DNA of 32,000 nucleotides from Pseudidiomarina andamanensis (GCF_009734345.1 NZ_CP032551.1:1080001-1112000), one strand, 5' to 3'; shown: positions 19,893 through 30,279, numbered from the stretch's first letter. Numbers and translations are program-made. Notes: generated by a model from the letters alone, not told the origin.

Positions 19893-20814
19893 AAAACCGC
19901 ACTTTGAGCCACGTTTTTTATTACCGAAATATTGGTTAACGTGGCTTAGCGTCGGCATTCTCTACACCATTTCCTGGCTGCCATACCGTTGGCAGTTGGG
20001 AATGGGTAGAGGTTTGGGTCGACTATTTTATCGATTTGTTCCTCGCCGCGCTGGCATAGCTCGCCGTAATCTTGAGCTATGTTTTCCTGATATGTCTTCC
20101 AATGACATTGAATCCTTAGTTAAGAAGAACATGCAAAACACCGGTATCGCCTTTTTCGAAACCGGGATGGCATGGTGGTGGCCAGATTGGCGTATTCGCC
20201 GCAAGTTACACATTCACGGTGAAGAACATCTACATGCCGCTCAAAAGGACGGCAAAGGTGTTTTGCTGTTGCTATTCCATTTCTTAAGTCTAGAGGTTCA
20301 TGCCAGACTGCAGGGTTTTGTAAAGCCTGCAGTAGGCCTTTATCGGCCGCATAACAACGCAGTTATGGAGTATCTACAAACCATAGGCCGTGGTCGCTCA
20401 AATAAATATTTGATTCCGCGCACCGACGTGCGCAGCATGCTCCAAGCTCTTGACCAAGGTGAAATTGCAGGTTACTTGCCAGATCAGGATTATGGTCGTA
20501 AACGCACTGTATTTGCACCATTATTCGCCGTGGAGAAGGCCAGCACCACTACCGGCACTTTATTATTTGCGGGCAATGCAAATTGCGCGGTATTACCGGT
20601 AACCTGTTTTCGACGTGATGATGGCAGCGGATACGATATGACGTTTTATCCAGAGTTTGAGAATTTCCCAACTGGAGACGATGTCGATGATGTGACTCGA
20701 GTAAACCATATGATTGAGTTTGCTATTCAGCAAAAACCTGAGCAATACATGTGGATACACCGACGCTTTAAAACACGACCGAACGAAAGCGACCCAGATC
20801 TTTATAAAGGTTAA
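19879..20814 (+). CDS. lpxL: Lipid A biosynthesis late (lauroyl/myristoyl-type) acyltransferase, LpxL/LpxM/LpxP family
   Basis: 311 aa with LLPKYWLTWLSVGILY, RRNLELCFPDMS, AGYLPDQDYG, FAPLFAVEKASTTTGT and PEQYMWIHRRFKTRP, all of which align with E. coli LpxL. The sequence alone cannot tell me which paralogue it is. Confidence 0.85.
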   Translation: MKIIEKPHFEPRFLLPKYWLTWLSVGILYTISWLPYRWQLGMGRGLGRLFYRFVPRRAGIARRNLELCFPDMSSNDIESLVKKNMQNTGIAFFETGMAWWWPDWRIRRKLHIHGEEHLHAAQKDGKGVLLLLFHFLSLEVHARLQGFVKPAVGLYRPHNNAVMEYLQTIGRGRSNKYLIPRTDVRSMLQALDQGEIAGYLPDQDYGRKRTVFAPLFAVEKASTTTGTLLFAGNANCAVLPVTCFRRDDGSGYDMTFYPEFENFPTGDDVDDVTRVNHMIEFAIQQKPEQYMWIHRRFKTRPNESDPDLYKG

Positions 20815-23564
20815 TCGGTTAGCCAGTATCGCCATGCTTCAATAACAGTATGGCGATATTCTTCTAAATTCATCCGCGTAACATTACCTCGGTCATCAAG
20901 CGCTAATTGATGAATTACTTCACGTTCAGAAATATAAGCTTTCATTAACTCTTCTGCGTTTTCGGTACTCATCAATCCGACCTGCGCTGCCCCTTCTAAT
21001 ATACGAATATTGTCGGTAAACTCAGTTAACTTCGGATGTTCTGGAGCGAAACGTAACACTAAATACTGAACCAAAAATTCCAAATCAGTGATACCGCCCT
21101 CGCCCTGCTTAACGTCAAACTCCTGACCTTCTACTTTTGCTTGCAAGTGCTCGCGCATTTTTTCTCGCATGCTAAGTACTTGCGTTCTCAGCTCTGCTTC
21201 ATCGCGAGTTTGGCATAGTTGCTGCTGACGTATGTCGATTAACTTCTGGCACAACTCAGGACTACCGAAAACTGGCCGAGCTCGGACTAAGGCTTGTAGC
21301 TCCCACGTCCACGCATCTTCACGCAGATAACTAGCAAACGTATCCAAACGGGAGACTAGCAAACCGGCTTTACCGGAAGGTCGCAATCGCATGTCAACTT
21401 CGTACAGGGTACCGACTACTGTTCGGGTGGTGAACAAATGCAATATACGCTGTGCTAAACGCAGATAAAACTGCTGAACCTCAAGAACTTTGGAGCCGTC
21501 GGTTTCGCCTGAATAATCTGAATCGGTAATAAATACTAAGTCTAAATCAGAACCATACCCGAGTTCCAAGCCCCCGAGCTTGCCATAAGCCATCACGGCA
21601 AACCCCATATTGTCGATATCACGACCAGGAGGTACGCCGTGTTTCTCAGCTAGCTGAAACCACGCTAAACGCACGACCTTGGCAATAATCGCTTCAGCAA
21701 GATAACTCAAGTGATCACTGACCTTCATGAGTGGTAATGCACCGCTGATATCAGCAGCAGCAACTTTCAGTTGCAATACTTGACGAGCCTGACGTAACGC
21801 ATCCATTTGCGCTTCCAAATCTTGTTCTGGCAGCCGCAATAAGAACTCGTCCAGTAATGATGGATAATCTTCCAATTTCGGTAATTGATATAGATGTTGC
21901 GGATCTATCAACTCGTCCAGCAATAACGGATACAAAGCAAGTTGTTGGGTCAACCACGAGCTTGCCCGGCACAACTTAATAAGCTGTTCGCGTGCGCCAC
22001 TGTTTTCCACTAAAAGTTCAACATAGGCGGTACGCGTCATAATTTTTCGCAACACTTGAAACACGCGCTCGAGCACTGAATCGGAATCAGCGAATTGCAC
22101 AATTCGTTCGAGTAGCAATGGTACTAAGCGTGCCATGGCCTTACGTCCGCGAGGGCCTGAACCGCGTTTGCGTACCTCCATGCGTAACTGGTTAACTTGC
22201 TGCCAAATGAGTTGTGCAGTGGCCTTTGCAAGCCCTACATCGACAAGAACATCCACCGCAGTGTCATCTTCAATCATATCCTGCCACAGCAGTTGTAGTT
22301 CCCCAGCTTCTTCATCCTCAGCATCCGGATCACCGATAACTTGACGGAAGTGCTCATGAACTCTCGCCATAGTACTCTTAATTAACTCATCTACTTCGTG
22401 CCAAGGTTGTTGATAGGCGAGACTTATACGCTCTTGCAATGACGCTTCGATAGGTAAGGTTTGCGTTTGCTCATCATTGAGTTGTTGGAGCACATGCTCC
22501 ATTTTGCGCAACACACCATAACACTCGAGCAGCTCATCAACTGACGCCTGTGGTAGCAGCCCCAGTTCGCCGATGGCCTGATAAGCTTGATAAATGGACT
22601 GAGTCTGTAATTGTCTTTGCTGACCACCGCGTATGAGCTGGAAAGCCTGAGCAATAAACTCGATTTCACGAATGCCTCCGGGCCCCAGCTTGATGTTACG
22701 TTCGAGCCCCTTTCGCCGCGTTTCTTGCGTTATTAAGCTCTTCATTTTACGCAATGCATCAATTGCGGAAAAATCGATATAACGTCGATAAACAAATGGC
22801 CGAAGTAAGGCTGAAAGTTGCTGCTGATAATTTGCATCAGCACCGATAATTCGGGCCTTCACCATGGCATAGCGTTCCCAATCTCGTCCTTGTTCTTGAT
22901 AGTAATATTCAAGAGCCGATAAGCTAGCGACGACAGGACCTGATTGACCGAATGGCCGAAGCCTCAAGTCAACACGGAAAACCCGTCCATCCACGGTGAT
23001 TTGATCCAGCATGCTGACTAAACCTTGGGCAAGTCTGGTGAAAAACACACTGTTCTCGATAGGTTTGCGCGGATGGTCTGTTTCACCTTGCTCTGGATAG
23101 CAAAATATGAGGTCAATATCGGATGAAAAATTGAGTTCACCGCCACCCAATTTGCCCATACCTATAACTAATAGCGGAAGCGCGTCGCCATGCTCGTCGC
23201 GCGGCTTACCAAAGCGTTCGCAAAATCGCGGATACAGCCATGCTAATGAACAACTAATAAACGCATCAGCCGTTGCGGTAATGTGCGCTAATACATCTTC
23301 TAACGGTATTTGTTGCAATAAGTCAGCTGCTGCAATGCTGGCGTACCATCGCTGGCGTAACTGCCGCACCACTTTATTGGCTTCGGTCTCATTTGTGCAG
23401 CACGCTAGGCTGGCATTCAACTTGCGTTGATAGTCGCTCGGTTGAGGCAGAACAACTTGCTCACCGTGCCACTCAATAGCATCGGGTTGCTGCTCTATAA
23501 CGCGAGCAACAAACTCACTAATTGACGTTACTCGCGTCAGCACATTCACAATTACAGTATCCAA
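20811..23564 (-). CDS. glnE: Bifunctional glutamine synthetase adenylyltransferase / adenylyl-removing enzyme
   Basis: 917 aa with two nucleotidyltransferase modules (GMGKLGGGELNFSSDIDLIF and AYGKLGGLELGYGSDLDLVF). QEQGRDWERYAMVKARI matches E. coli GlnE. Confidence 0.96.
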   Translation of the reverse strand: MDTVIVNVLTRVTSISEFVARVIEQQPDAIEWHGEQVVLPQPSDYQRKLNASLACCTNETEANKVVRQLRQRWYASIAAADLLQQIPLEDVLAHITATADAFISCSLAWLYPRFCERFGKPRDEHGDALPLLVIGMGKLGGGELNFSSDIDLIFCYPEQGETDHPRKPIENSVFFTRLAQGLVSMLDQITVDGRVFRVDLRLRPFGQSGPVVASLSALEYYYQEQGRDWERYAMVKARIIGADANYQQQLSALLRPFVYRRYIDFSAIDALRKMKSLITQETRRKGLERNIKLGPGGIREIEFIAQAFQLIRGGQQRQLQTQSIYQAYQAIGELGLLPQASVDELLECYGVLRKMEHVLQQLNDEQTQTLPIEASLQERISLAYQQPWHEVDELIKSTMARVHEHFRQVIGDPDAEDEEAGELQLLWQDMIEDDTAVDVLVDVGLAKATAQLIWQQVNQLRMEVRKRGSGPRGRKAMARLVPLLLERIVQFADSDSVLERVFQVLRKIMTRTAYVELLVENSGAREQLIKLCRASSWLTQQLALYPLLLDELIDPQHLYQLPKLEDYPSLLDEFLLRLPEQDLEAQMDALRQARQVLQLKVAAADISGALPLMKVSDHLSYLAEAIIAKVVRLAWFQLAEKHGVPPGRDIDNMGFAVMAYGKLGGLELGYGSDLDLVFITDSDYSGETDGSKVLEVQQFYLRLAQRILHLFTTRTVVGTLYEVDMRLRPSGKAGLLVSRLDTFASYLREDAWTWELQALVRARPVFGSPELCQKLIDIRQQQLCQTRDEAELRTQVLSMREKMREHLQAKVEGQEFDVKQGEGGITDLEFLVQYLVLRFAPEHPKLTEFTDNIRILEGAAQVGLMSTENAEELMKAYISEREVIHQLALDDRGNVTRMNLEEYRHTVIEAWRYWLTD

Positions 23565-25078
23565 TACGGCTCTTGTTTCAGAGCTGCTCTGCGTGAACGC
23601 TCTAAAGCGTAAAGAAGTGACTCAAGTTGAACTTCTTGCCAACTGAGCAGTTTTTCCGTGTTGATGTCATCGGTGTCTTTGATGGCTTCACGCAAGAGCT
23701 TCAATGCCATGATTTCTCGAATTCCTCGCATCATGTCTTGCCAGGGCGCACGAAAACTTTCACGATCATCTGCATCGAACAAATAACCAACACAGTAGCC
23801 CAATTGCAGCGAGCTTTGTAACTGCGGTAGGAGTTTTAAATACTGATCCGCGCGCATCTCCTCATGACGGGTAAACGCTTCGACAACCTGTTGCCAGTCT
23901 TCCCTTAACCGCTGCGCTGCCCACTGTTTTAGTGGCAGCTGAGTTAATTGCTCATGACGAGGTTGTTGTGCACAAAGCTCACCAAGCTCAAATAAGGTCA
24001 ATTGATAATCATCGCGCTTGCTTAAATTAATAACTAGCTCAAGTTGAACCGCATGTTCTTGCTGCTCGAGAATCTCATCATACAATTTTTGATTTTGCTC
24101 TAATGCACGGTGATACGCTCCGTCTTGAGCTGTCAATTCGTTGAGTCCATCATACCGGCTGAGCCATCCAAGGTGTCCCAACATTTGCTCGAGACGCACG
24201 ATATGATCGCTGACATCAATTTCAAACAGTGCCAACTGCTGCAGAACTACTTTACACAAGCGAATACCATCGGTAATACCAGCCACCGCACGTACACTAG
24301 GTTGTTCGTTCAAACAGGCATCATTGTGCTGCCAATATTGCAGTGCATAGGCAAGCGCGCGATAAAGACCGCTGCCGGCATCATCGGTCGGTTGTTGGCG
24401 AACAAAGTGTGCATGGGTAAATGGCTCGAGAACTGATTTTTCTGCCAACAAATAACCGCGAGCAGCTTTACTTAAACTACCAACGCGGGCGTTAACCCGA
24501 GTTATAAATCGTCTTGCAAGCTTATAAGCTTGAGCAATATCGCCACCTTGAACCTCAAGTTCAATTTCACAAATTGCTCGAGTTTTATCGTTTGCGATAA
24601 CCTGCCCTTCATCGAAAACAAGTTCGATAACGCCATCACCGCTTGTTATTTGCCAACGATGCCGCGTGAAGTCGGTACGAAATATTTCGGTGAGTTCTCG
24701 CTGAACATCAAACACCGGGAATTCGTCCGGCCAAATATCTTCTTCAAACAACGTTAAGTCGGGTTGGTCTCGTGTCACCACAACATTGTATTCAGGTCGA
24801 GAATGCATACCACCAAGCACTTCACCTGACAATTTAATGGTTTGCTCGCGCTCATCGCCACGACGGCGAATACGTAAACCAATGTCGTGTTGACGCAACT
24901 GCAGGTCTGGCGTATCGAAATACGCATTACTTAATTCCAGTTGGCTCGGTTGCGCGTCTTTAGCTAGTTGTTGGCATAATGCCAAAACCGCATCTCGCTT
25001 AGCTGGTTCTACCAGTAACTTTAGTTCTATTTCTTGACTCACGAGTGGTCTCTTACACGTTGATTTTGCTTGTTTCAT
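23552..25078 (-). CDS. ygiF: CYTH plus CHAD domain protein (inorganic triphosphatase YgiF homologue)
   Basis: QEIELKLLV (CYTH ExExK), GLRIRR, HSRPEYNV and GSLSKAARGY match E. coli YgiF. It is upstream of glnE and overlaps it by 13 nt, the same pairing as E. coli ygiF-glnE. Confidence 0.88.
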   Translation of the reverse strand: MKQAKSTCKRPLVSQEIELKLLVEPAKRDAVLALCQQLAKDAQPSQLELSNAYFDTPDLQLRQHDIGLRIRRRGDEREQTIKLSGEVLGGMHSRPEYNVVVTRDQPDLTLFEEDIWPDEFPVFDVQRELTEIFRTDFTRHRWQITSGDGVIELVFDEGQVIANDKTRAICEIELEVQGGDIAQAYKLARRFITRVNARVGSLSKAARGYLLAEKSVLEPFTHAHFVRQQPTDDAGSGLYRALAYALQYWQHNDACLNEQPSVRAVAGITDGIRLCKVVLQQLALFEIDVSDHIVRLEQMLGHLGWLSRYDGLNELTAQDGAYHRALEQNQKLYDEILEQQEHAVQLELVINLSKRDDYQLTLFELGELCAQQPRHEQLTQLPLKQWAAQRLREDWQQVVEAFTRHEEMRADQYLKLLPQLQSSLQLGYCVGYLFDADDRESFRAPWQDMMRGIREIMALKLLREAIKDTDDINTEKLLSWQEVQLESLLYALERSRRAALKQEPYWIL

Positions 25079-25189
25079 ACGGTACTCGTACTCATTGTGC
25101 GGGTCAACTTAAATGGGCTTGACAGCGGTGTTTAAAAAATGCACCGTGGGCGCGATTTAAAGATTAAAAAAAATCTGATCAGACTAGGC

Positions 25190-25217
25190 TTTACGCGCGC
25201 CAAAAAAGTCATATACT
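25190..25217 (+). promoter_or_regulatory. Candidate sigma70 promoter for putA: -35 TTTACG, 16-nt spacer, -10 TATACT
   Basis: Hexamers read directly at 25190-25195 and 25212-25217, 54 nt upstream of the preferred putA ATG. This rests on a motif match only. Confidence 0.3.
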
Positions 25218-25270
25218 GGCGCCCGAAATATGTCACCGCCAGCCTTGGGCTGAGTCCAACAGGAGATGCT

Positions 25271-28200
25271 ATGTTCAAAGCGAGTGAAGTACTTGCGGCT
25301 CAGTATACCGGCGCCGACCTTGGTCGACTCCAAAAAGCAATAACTGCCAACTACTTAGTAGATGAAGATGCTTATTTGCGTGAGCTTTTGCCTTTAGTGC
25401 CTCAAGAAAATTCAAATCTTGATGCGGTTACTCAGGCAGCAACTGATTTAGTAAATAGAGTTCGCGACCGTGCTGATGGCGGTGGCGTTGATGCGTTCTT
25501 GCAAGAATACAGTCTTGATACCAAAGAAGGCATTATTTTGATGTGTCTTGCCGAAGCATTGCTGCGCATTCCAGACGCAACGACAGCCGATGCGCTCATT
25601 CAAGATCGTTTATCTGGCGGTGACTGGCAGAAACACATGGGGCAAAGCGCTTCTTGGCTGGTCAATAGCGGCACGTGGGGCTTGGCTTTAACTAATTCGA
25701 TGATTAACCCAACCGGTCAACCTATGGAAACGCCGCATGGGGTGTTCCGTCGTATGGTTCGCCGTTTGAGTTCGCCTGTCGTGCGCAAAGCAACCTATGC
25801 AGCTATGCGCATCATGGGAACGCAATTTGTTTTGGGCCGCACTATTCAAGAGGCGCTCAAAAACAGCCGTAACAATCGCGATAAAGGTTATACCCATTCT
25901 TACGACATGCTAGGCGAAGCAGCGTTAACGATGGCCGATGCGCGTCGTTATCACGCTGACTATGTCAACTCAATCAAAGTGGTTGGAAAAGAGAACTTCA
26001 ATAACCCAAATGCACCGCGACCGACAATTTCAATTAAACTGTCTGCGTTACATCCACGTTACGAGGTGGCCAACCACGAACGTGTACTTACTGAACTCGC
26101 TTCAAGCTTAACTGAACTGGTGAAGCTTGCGAAAGAAGCCGATGTTGGCGTCAGCATTGACGCTGAAGAGATGGATCGCTTAGAACTCTCACTCGAGCTA
26201 TTCGAAAAAGTTTATCGCAGCGGCGTGTGTAAAGGGTGGCCGCGTTTCGGTTTAGTTGTTCAAGCCTATTCGAAGCGTGCTTTGCCGGTGTTGTGCTGGG
26301 TAACTGCTTTGGCTCGCGAATGCGGTGATGAAATTCCAGTACGCCTCGTAAAAGGTGCATACTGGGATACCGAAATTAAGCTATGCCAAGTGAACGGCTT
26401 AGAAGGCTATCCAGTCTATACCCGCAAAGCGAATACCGATGTGTCTTATCTAGCTTGTGCTCACTATTTAATGAGTGCGGCAACGGATGGCGCAATCTAT
26501 CCGCAGTTTGCAACCCACAATGCGCAAACCGTGGTTGCTATTCGTGAGTTGAATAAGAAGTACCAACGTCGCATTGAGTTCCAACGTCTGCATGGTATGG
26601 GTGATGATCTCTACGACACCTTACTTGAGCAAGATCCAAAGGTAACGGTTCGTATCTATGCACCAGTAGGCGCTCACAAAGATTTACTGCCATATTTGGT
26701 TCGCCGCTTACTTGAAAACGGCGCAAATACATCGTTTGTACATAAGTTAGTGGACCCTGAAACGCCGGTAGCCGAGCTCACTGAGCATCCGCTACGTACC
26801 ATGCTGAAACATGAGCATTTCGCAAACCATAAGATTCCATTACCGACGCAGATTTTCAGCGATCGGAAAAACTCGTTAGGATTGAATATGAACATTCACT
26901 CGCAAGCTGATGATTTTATCAACGCCGTTCATCAATATCGTGATAAGCAATGGCAAGGTGGCCCGATTGTTAATGGTGATGTAGTTGATGCACACCACCG
27001 CGTTGCTATTCACAGTCCACAGAACACTAGTCAGCAAATTGGTACCATTTGTTGGGGTGACAAAGCATTAGCTGAGCAAGCATTACAAAGTGCTAATGCA
27101 GCTTATCGCCGCTGGCGCGACACAGACGTTGAAGTGCGAGCATCGGCGCTTGAGAAATTGGCAGATTTGATGGAAGCCAATCGTAATGAACTGATTGCTC
27201 TGTGTACCATGGAAGCTGGTAAGAGCTTACAAGATGGTATCGATGAAGTTCGCGAAGCAGTGGACTTCTGCCGCTATTATGCGCAGCAAGCACGCGAACT
27301 GATGGGCGACGGCACGACATTGCCAGGGCCAACCGGCGAAACGAATGAACTGTTCTTGCAAGGCCGCGGTACCTTTATCTGTATTAGCCCTTGGAACTTC
27401 CCTCTCGCAATCTTTATGGGACAAGTTGCAGCAGCTTTAGTTACTGGTAACTGCGTGATTGCAAAACCAGCTGAACAAACCGGTTTAATAGCCTTCCGCG
27501 CTGTTCAATTGGCATTAGAGGCCGGTATTCCGGGTGACGTATTACATTACATGCCAGGCAGCGGTGCTGAAGTTGGTAGTTTCTTGGTGTCACAAGAAGA
27601 TATCGGCGGCGTGTGCTTTACCGGCTCAACGTACACGGCACAATCTATTAATCGTGCTTTGGCGGCTCGCACAGGTGCAATTGTGCCATTGGTTGCAGAA
27701 ACGGGTGGGCAAAATGCGATGTTGATCGATTCAACAGCCCTGCCAGAACAAGCGGTTACCGACATCGTTGCCAGCGCATTTAAGAGTGCCGGTCAACGTT
27801 GTTCAGCACTTCGTGTGTTGTTTGTTCAAGACGATATCGCTGACCGCGTGATTGATTTGCTCAAAGGCGCAATGGCTGAACTGAAGGTGGGTGACCCAAT
27901 GTTGCATGAAACCGACGTTGGCCCAGTTATTGATGGTGTCGCGAAAAGTAACCTTGAGCAACACATCAATGATATTTCACAAGCAGGTCGCTTAATCGCT
28001 CGAGCTCCAATGCCGGAGTATACCAATGGCGGTACTTTTGTGGCGCCAACGGCGATTGAAATCGATAGCATTAATCAGCTAGTTAAAGAAAACTTCGGTC
28101 CAATTTTGCACGTTATTCGCTACAAAACGAGCGAGCTTGACCAAGTTATTGATAGCATTAACGGCACTGGTTTCGGCTTAACATTCGGTATTCATAGCCG

Positions 28201-28438
28201 CAATGAAACCTTTGCAGCAGATATCGCACGTCGCATTGACGTGGGTAACGTGTACATTAACCGAAATCAGATTGGTGCTGTGGTTGGCGTACAACCGTTT
28301 GGTGGTCGTGGTATGTCTGGTACTGGTCCGAAAGCCGGTGGTCCACACTACTTAACACGCTTTGTAACTGAAAAAACACGCACCAATAACATTACTGCGG
28401 TTGGTGGAAACGCAACCCTGTTGTCGCTAGGTGACTAG
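25271..28438 (+). CDS. putA: Bifunctional proline dehydrogenase / L-glutamate-gamma-semialdehyde (P5C) dehydrogenase PutA, short form
   Basis: LMCLAEALLRIPD, YSYDMLGEAALT, VRLVKGAYWDTEIK, YLVRRLLENGANTSFV (PRODH) and ISPWNFPLAIF, ETGGQNAMLIDS, GQRCSAL (ALDH) are colinear with E. coli PutA residues of about 90 to 1100. I chose ATG 25271 because AGGAG lies 5 nt upstream. The 44-codon upstream extension in the ORF track has no PutA-like sequence. Confidence 0.93.
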   Translation: MFKASEVLAAQYTGADLGRLQKAITANYLVDEDAYLRELLPLVPQENSNLDAVTQAATDLVNRVRDRADGGGVDAFLQEYSLDTKEGIILMCLAEALLRIPDATTADALIQDRLSGGDWQKHMGQSASWLVNSGTWGLALTNSMINPTGQPMETPHGVFRRMVRRLSSPVVRKATYAAMRIMGTQFVLGRTIQEALKNSRNNRDKGYTHSYDMLGEAALTMADARRYHADYVNSIKVVGKENFNNPNAPRPTISIKLSALHPRYEVANHERVLTELASSLTELVKLAKEADVGVSIDAEEMDRLELSLELFEKVYRSGVCKGWPRFGLVVQAYSKRALPVLCWVTALARECGDEIPVRLVKGAYWDTEIKLCQVNGLEGYPVYTRKANTDVSYLACAHYLMSAATDGAIYPQFATHNAQTVVAIRELNKKYQRRIEFQRLHGMGDDLYDTLLEQDPKVTVRIYAPVGAHKDLLPYLVRRLLENGANTSFVHKLVDPETPVAELTEHPLRTMLKHEHFANHKIPLPTQIFSDRKNSLGLNMNIHSQADDFINAVHQYRDKQWQGGPIVNGDVVDAHHRVAIHSPQNTSQQIGTICWGDKALAEQALQSANAAYRRWRDTDVEVRASALEKLADLMEANRNELIALCTMEAGKSLQDGIDEVREAVDFCRYYAQQARELMGDGTTLPGPTGETNELFLQGRGTFICISPWNFPLAIFMGQVAAALVTGNCVIAKPAEQTGLIAFRAVQLALEAGIPGDVLHYMPGSGAEVGSFLVSQEDIGGVCFTGSTYTAQSINRALAARTGAIVPLVAETGGQNAMLIDSTALPEQAVTDIVASAFKSAGQRCSALRVLFVQDDIADRVIDLLKGAMAELKVGDPMLHETDVGPVIDGVAKSNLEQHINDISQAGRLIARAPMPEYTNGGTFVAPTAIEIDSINQLVKENFGPILHVIRYKTSELDQVIDSINGTGFGLTFGIHSRNETFAADIARRIDVGNVYINRNQIGAVVGVQPFGGRGMSGTGPKAGGPHYLTRFVTEKTRTNNITAVGGNATLLSLGD

Positions 28439-28470
28439 CGACAACACGACATTGCATTGAGAACACAATA

Positions 28471-28497
28471 AAGTGGGCGACTAAAATTCGCCCACTT
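28471..28497. terminator. Hairpin between convergent putA and the acyl-CoA dehydrogenase, a candidate terminator
   Basis: Perfect 10-bp stem AAGTGGGCGA / TCGCCCACTT with a 7-nt loop that includes the ACAD stop codon. On the minus strand it is followed by TATTGTGTTCTC (U-rich). There is no clear U-tract on the plus strand. Confidence 0.45.
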
Positions 28498-30256
28498 CGT
28501 GTTCATAAAGACTTTCACTGCCGTCCTCAATGGCACCAATCAAGCCGTGAATACGCGGTAAGATACGAGCCATATAGAATTTCGCTGTCTTCACTTTACT
28601 GGCCAAATACGGGCGATCATCAACTAATGGTTGCGCTACTTTTGCCATACGTAACCACATATAGGCAAATGCCACATAACCTACCAAATTCAAGTACTCA
28701 ACGGCGACGCTATTGATGATGTTTTCATCGTGAGTAACGCGTTCAAGCACGTGTCTGGTAACCTTATCAACGAGCTGTGTCGCTTCCGCAAGTTGTTGAT
28801 ACTCTTTTTCTAAACCTACCTGAGGCTCAGCCAATAATGATTGAATATCTTCTAGTAATGGTTTCAGTAGCTCACCGCGCGAACCTGCAACTTTACGACC
28901 GAGTAAATCGAGCGCTTGAATACCGTTAGTACCCTCGTAAATTTGTGCAATACGAGCGTCTCGAACTAGCTGCTCTTGTCCCCACTCACGAATAAATCCG
29001 TGGCCACCAAATACTTGCTGACCAATCACTGTGGCTTCAAAACCGGTATCGGTTAAAAACGCTTTGGCTACCGGCGTAAGTAATTGAACCAAGGCTTCAG
29101 CTCGAGCCTTCTGCTGCGGCTCTTGGGCGTATTTTGCAATATCTAGCTGCTGCCCAACGTAGGTTGAAAATGCTCGACCGCCTTCCACAAAAGCTTTCAT
29201 GGTCAACAACATGCGACGAACATCACCGTGTACAATGAGTGGATCAGCTTCTTTATCAAGTTCACGCGTTGCTTTCGCACCGCGCCCTTGAATACGGTCT
29301 TGCGCATAGTCTAAAGCATTCTGATACGAACGTGCAGCCGCTCCTAAGCCTTGAATACCAACCCCAAGACGTTCGTAGTTCATCATAGTAAACATGGCTG
29401 GGAGGCCTTTATGAGGCTCACCGACTAACCAGCCCTTAGCGCCATCAAAGTTAAGAACACAGGTAGCTGAAGCATGTATTCCCATTTTGTGTTCAATCGA
29501 GCCGCAGTTAACGCCGTTACGCTCAGAAACGTTTCCGTCTGTATCAACGAGAAACTTCGGTACCAAGAACAAACTGATACCTTTACTGCCCGCCGGCGCA
29601 TCAGGTAACTTCGCAAGCACTAAGTGGATAATATTTTCGGCTAGATCATGCTCACCGCCGGTGATAAAGATTTTGGTGCCCGAAATAGCAAAGCTGCCAT
29701 CGTTATTCGGCACCGCTTTTGAGCGAATAATACCTAAATCAGTTCCGGCATGTGGTTCAGTTAAACACATGGAACCCGTCCACTGCCCAGCAATCATTTT
29801 CTCAAGATAAGTTGCTTTTAAGGTGTCATCAGCGTGCTGGTCGATGGTCATGATCGCGCCAGCCGTCAGGCCTGGATACAAAGAAAATGAAATATCCGCT
29901 GCGCATAGCATTTCTTCGTACTGAGCGGATACGCTTTTTGGTAATCCCATGCCGCCAAATTCTGGATTTGCAGTAACGCCGACCCACCCGCCTTCTGCAA
30001 GTTGCTTAAAGTTCTCTTTGTAACCTTTTGGAGTGGTCACCGTACCATTATCAAATGACACGCCTTCTTCGTCAGCGGCACGTGCGTTCGGCGCTATCAA
30101 TGTCTCCGCGAGCTTTGCACCTTCATCAATAATTGCAACAACGGTGTCAATATCTAACTCCGCGAGCTCGCCAAACTGCGCCCAATCTTTATCAACTTCG
30201 AAAACGTCTTGCAGCATAAACTGCATATCTTCACGTGGAACACGATAATCCGCCAT
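28481..30256 (-). CDS. Long-form (about 590 aa) acyl-CoA dehydrogenase family protein
   Basis: 591 aa with MCLTEPHAGTDLG, ISGTKIFITGGEHD and RIAQIYEGTNGIQALDLLGRK, which are typical ACAD motifs, plus an extra C-terminal helical extension. The substrate cannot be determined from the sequence. Confidence 0.88.
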   Translation of the reverse strand: MADYRVPREDMQFMLQDVFEVDKDWAQFGELAELDIDTVVAIIDEGAKLAETLIAPNARAADEEGVSFDNGTVTTPKGYKENFKQLAEGGWVGVTANPEFGGMGLPKSVSAQYEEMLCAADISFSLYPGLTAGAIMTIDQHADDTLKATYLEKMIAGQWTGSMCLTEPHAGTDLGIIRSKAVPNNDGSFAISGTKIFITGGEHDLAENIIHLVLAKLPDAPAGSKGISLFLVPKFLVDTDGNVSERNGVNCGSIEHKMGIHASATCVLNFDGAKGWLVGEPHKGLPAMFTMMNYERLGVGIQGLGAAARSYQNALDYAQDRIQGRGAKATRELDKEADPLIVHGDVRRMLLTMKAFVEGGRAFSTYVGQQLDIAKYAQEPQQKARAEALVQLLTPVAKAFLTDTGFEATVIGQQVFGGHGFIREWGQEQLVRDARIAQIYEGTNGIQALDLLGRKVAGSRGELLKPLLEDIQSLLAEPQVGLEKEYQQLAEATQLVDKVTRHVLERVTHDENIINSVAVEYLNLVGYVAFAYMWLRMAKVAQPLVDDRPYLASKVKTAKFYMARILPRIHGLIGAIEDGSESLYEHEVGEF

Positions 30257-30279
30257 AACAACACCTCTTCGCTGACGAT

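Noticed and set aside
25139-25270. A 44-codon N-terminal extension of putA (MHRGRDLKIKKNLIRLGF...)
   Set aside because: It has no similarity to the PutA RHH or arm regions. It overlaps the likely promoter and palindrome, and the internal ATG at 25271 has a strong AGGAG Shine-Dalgarno.
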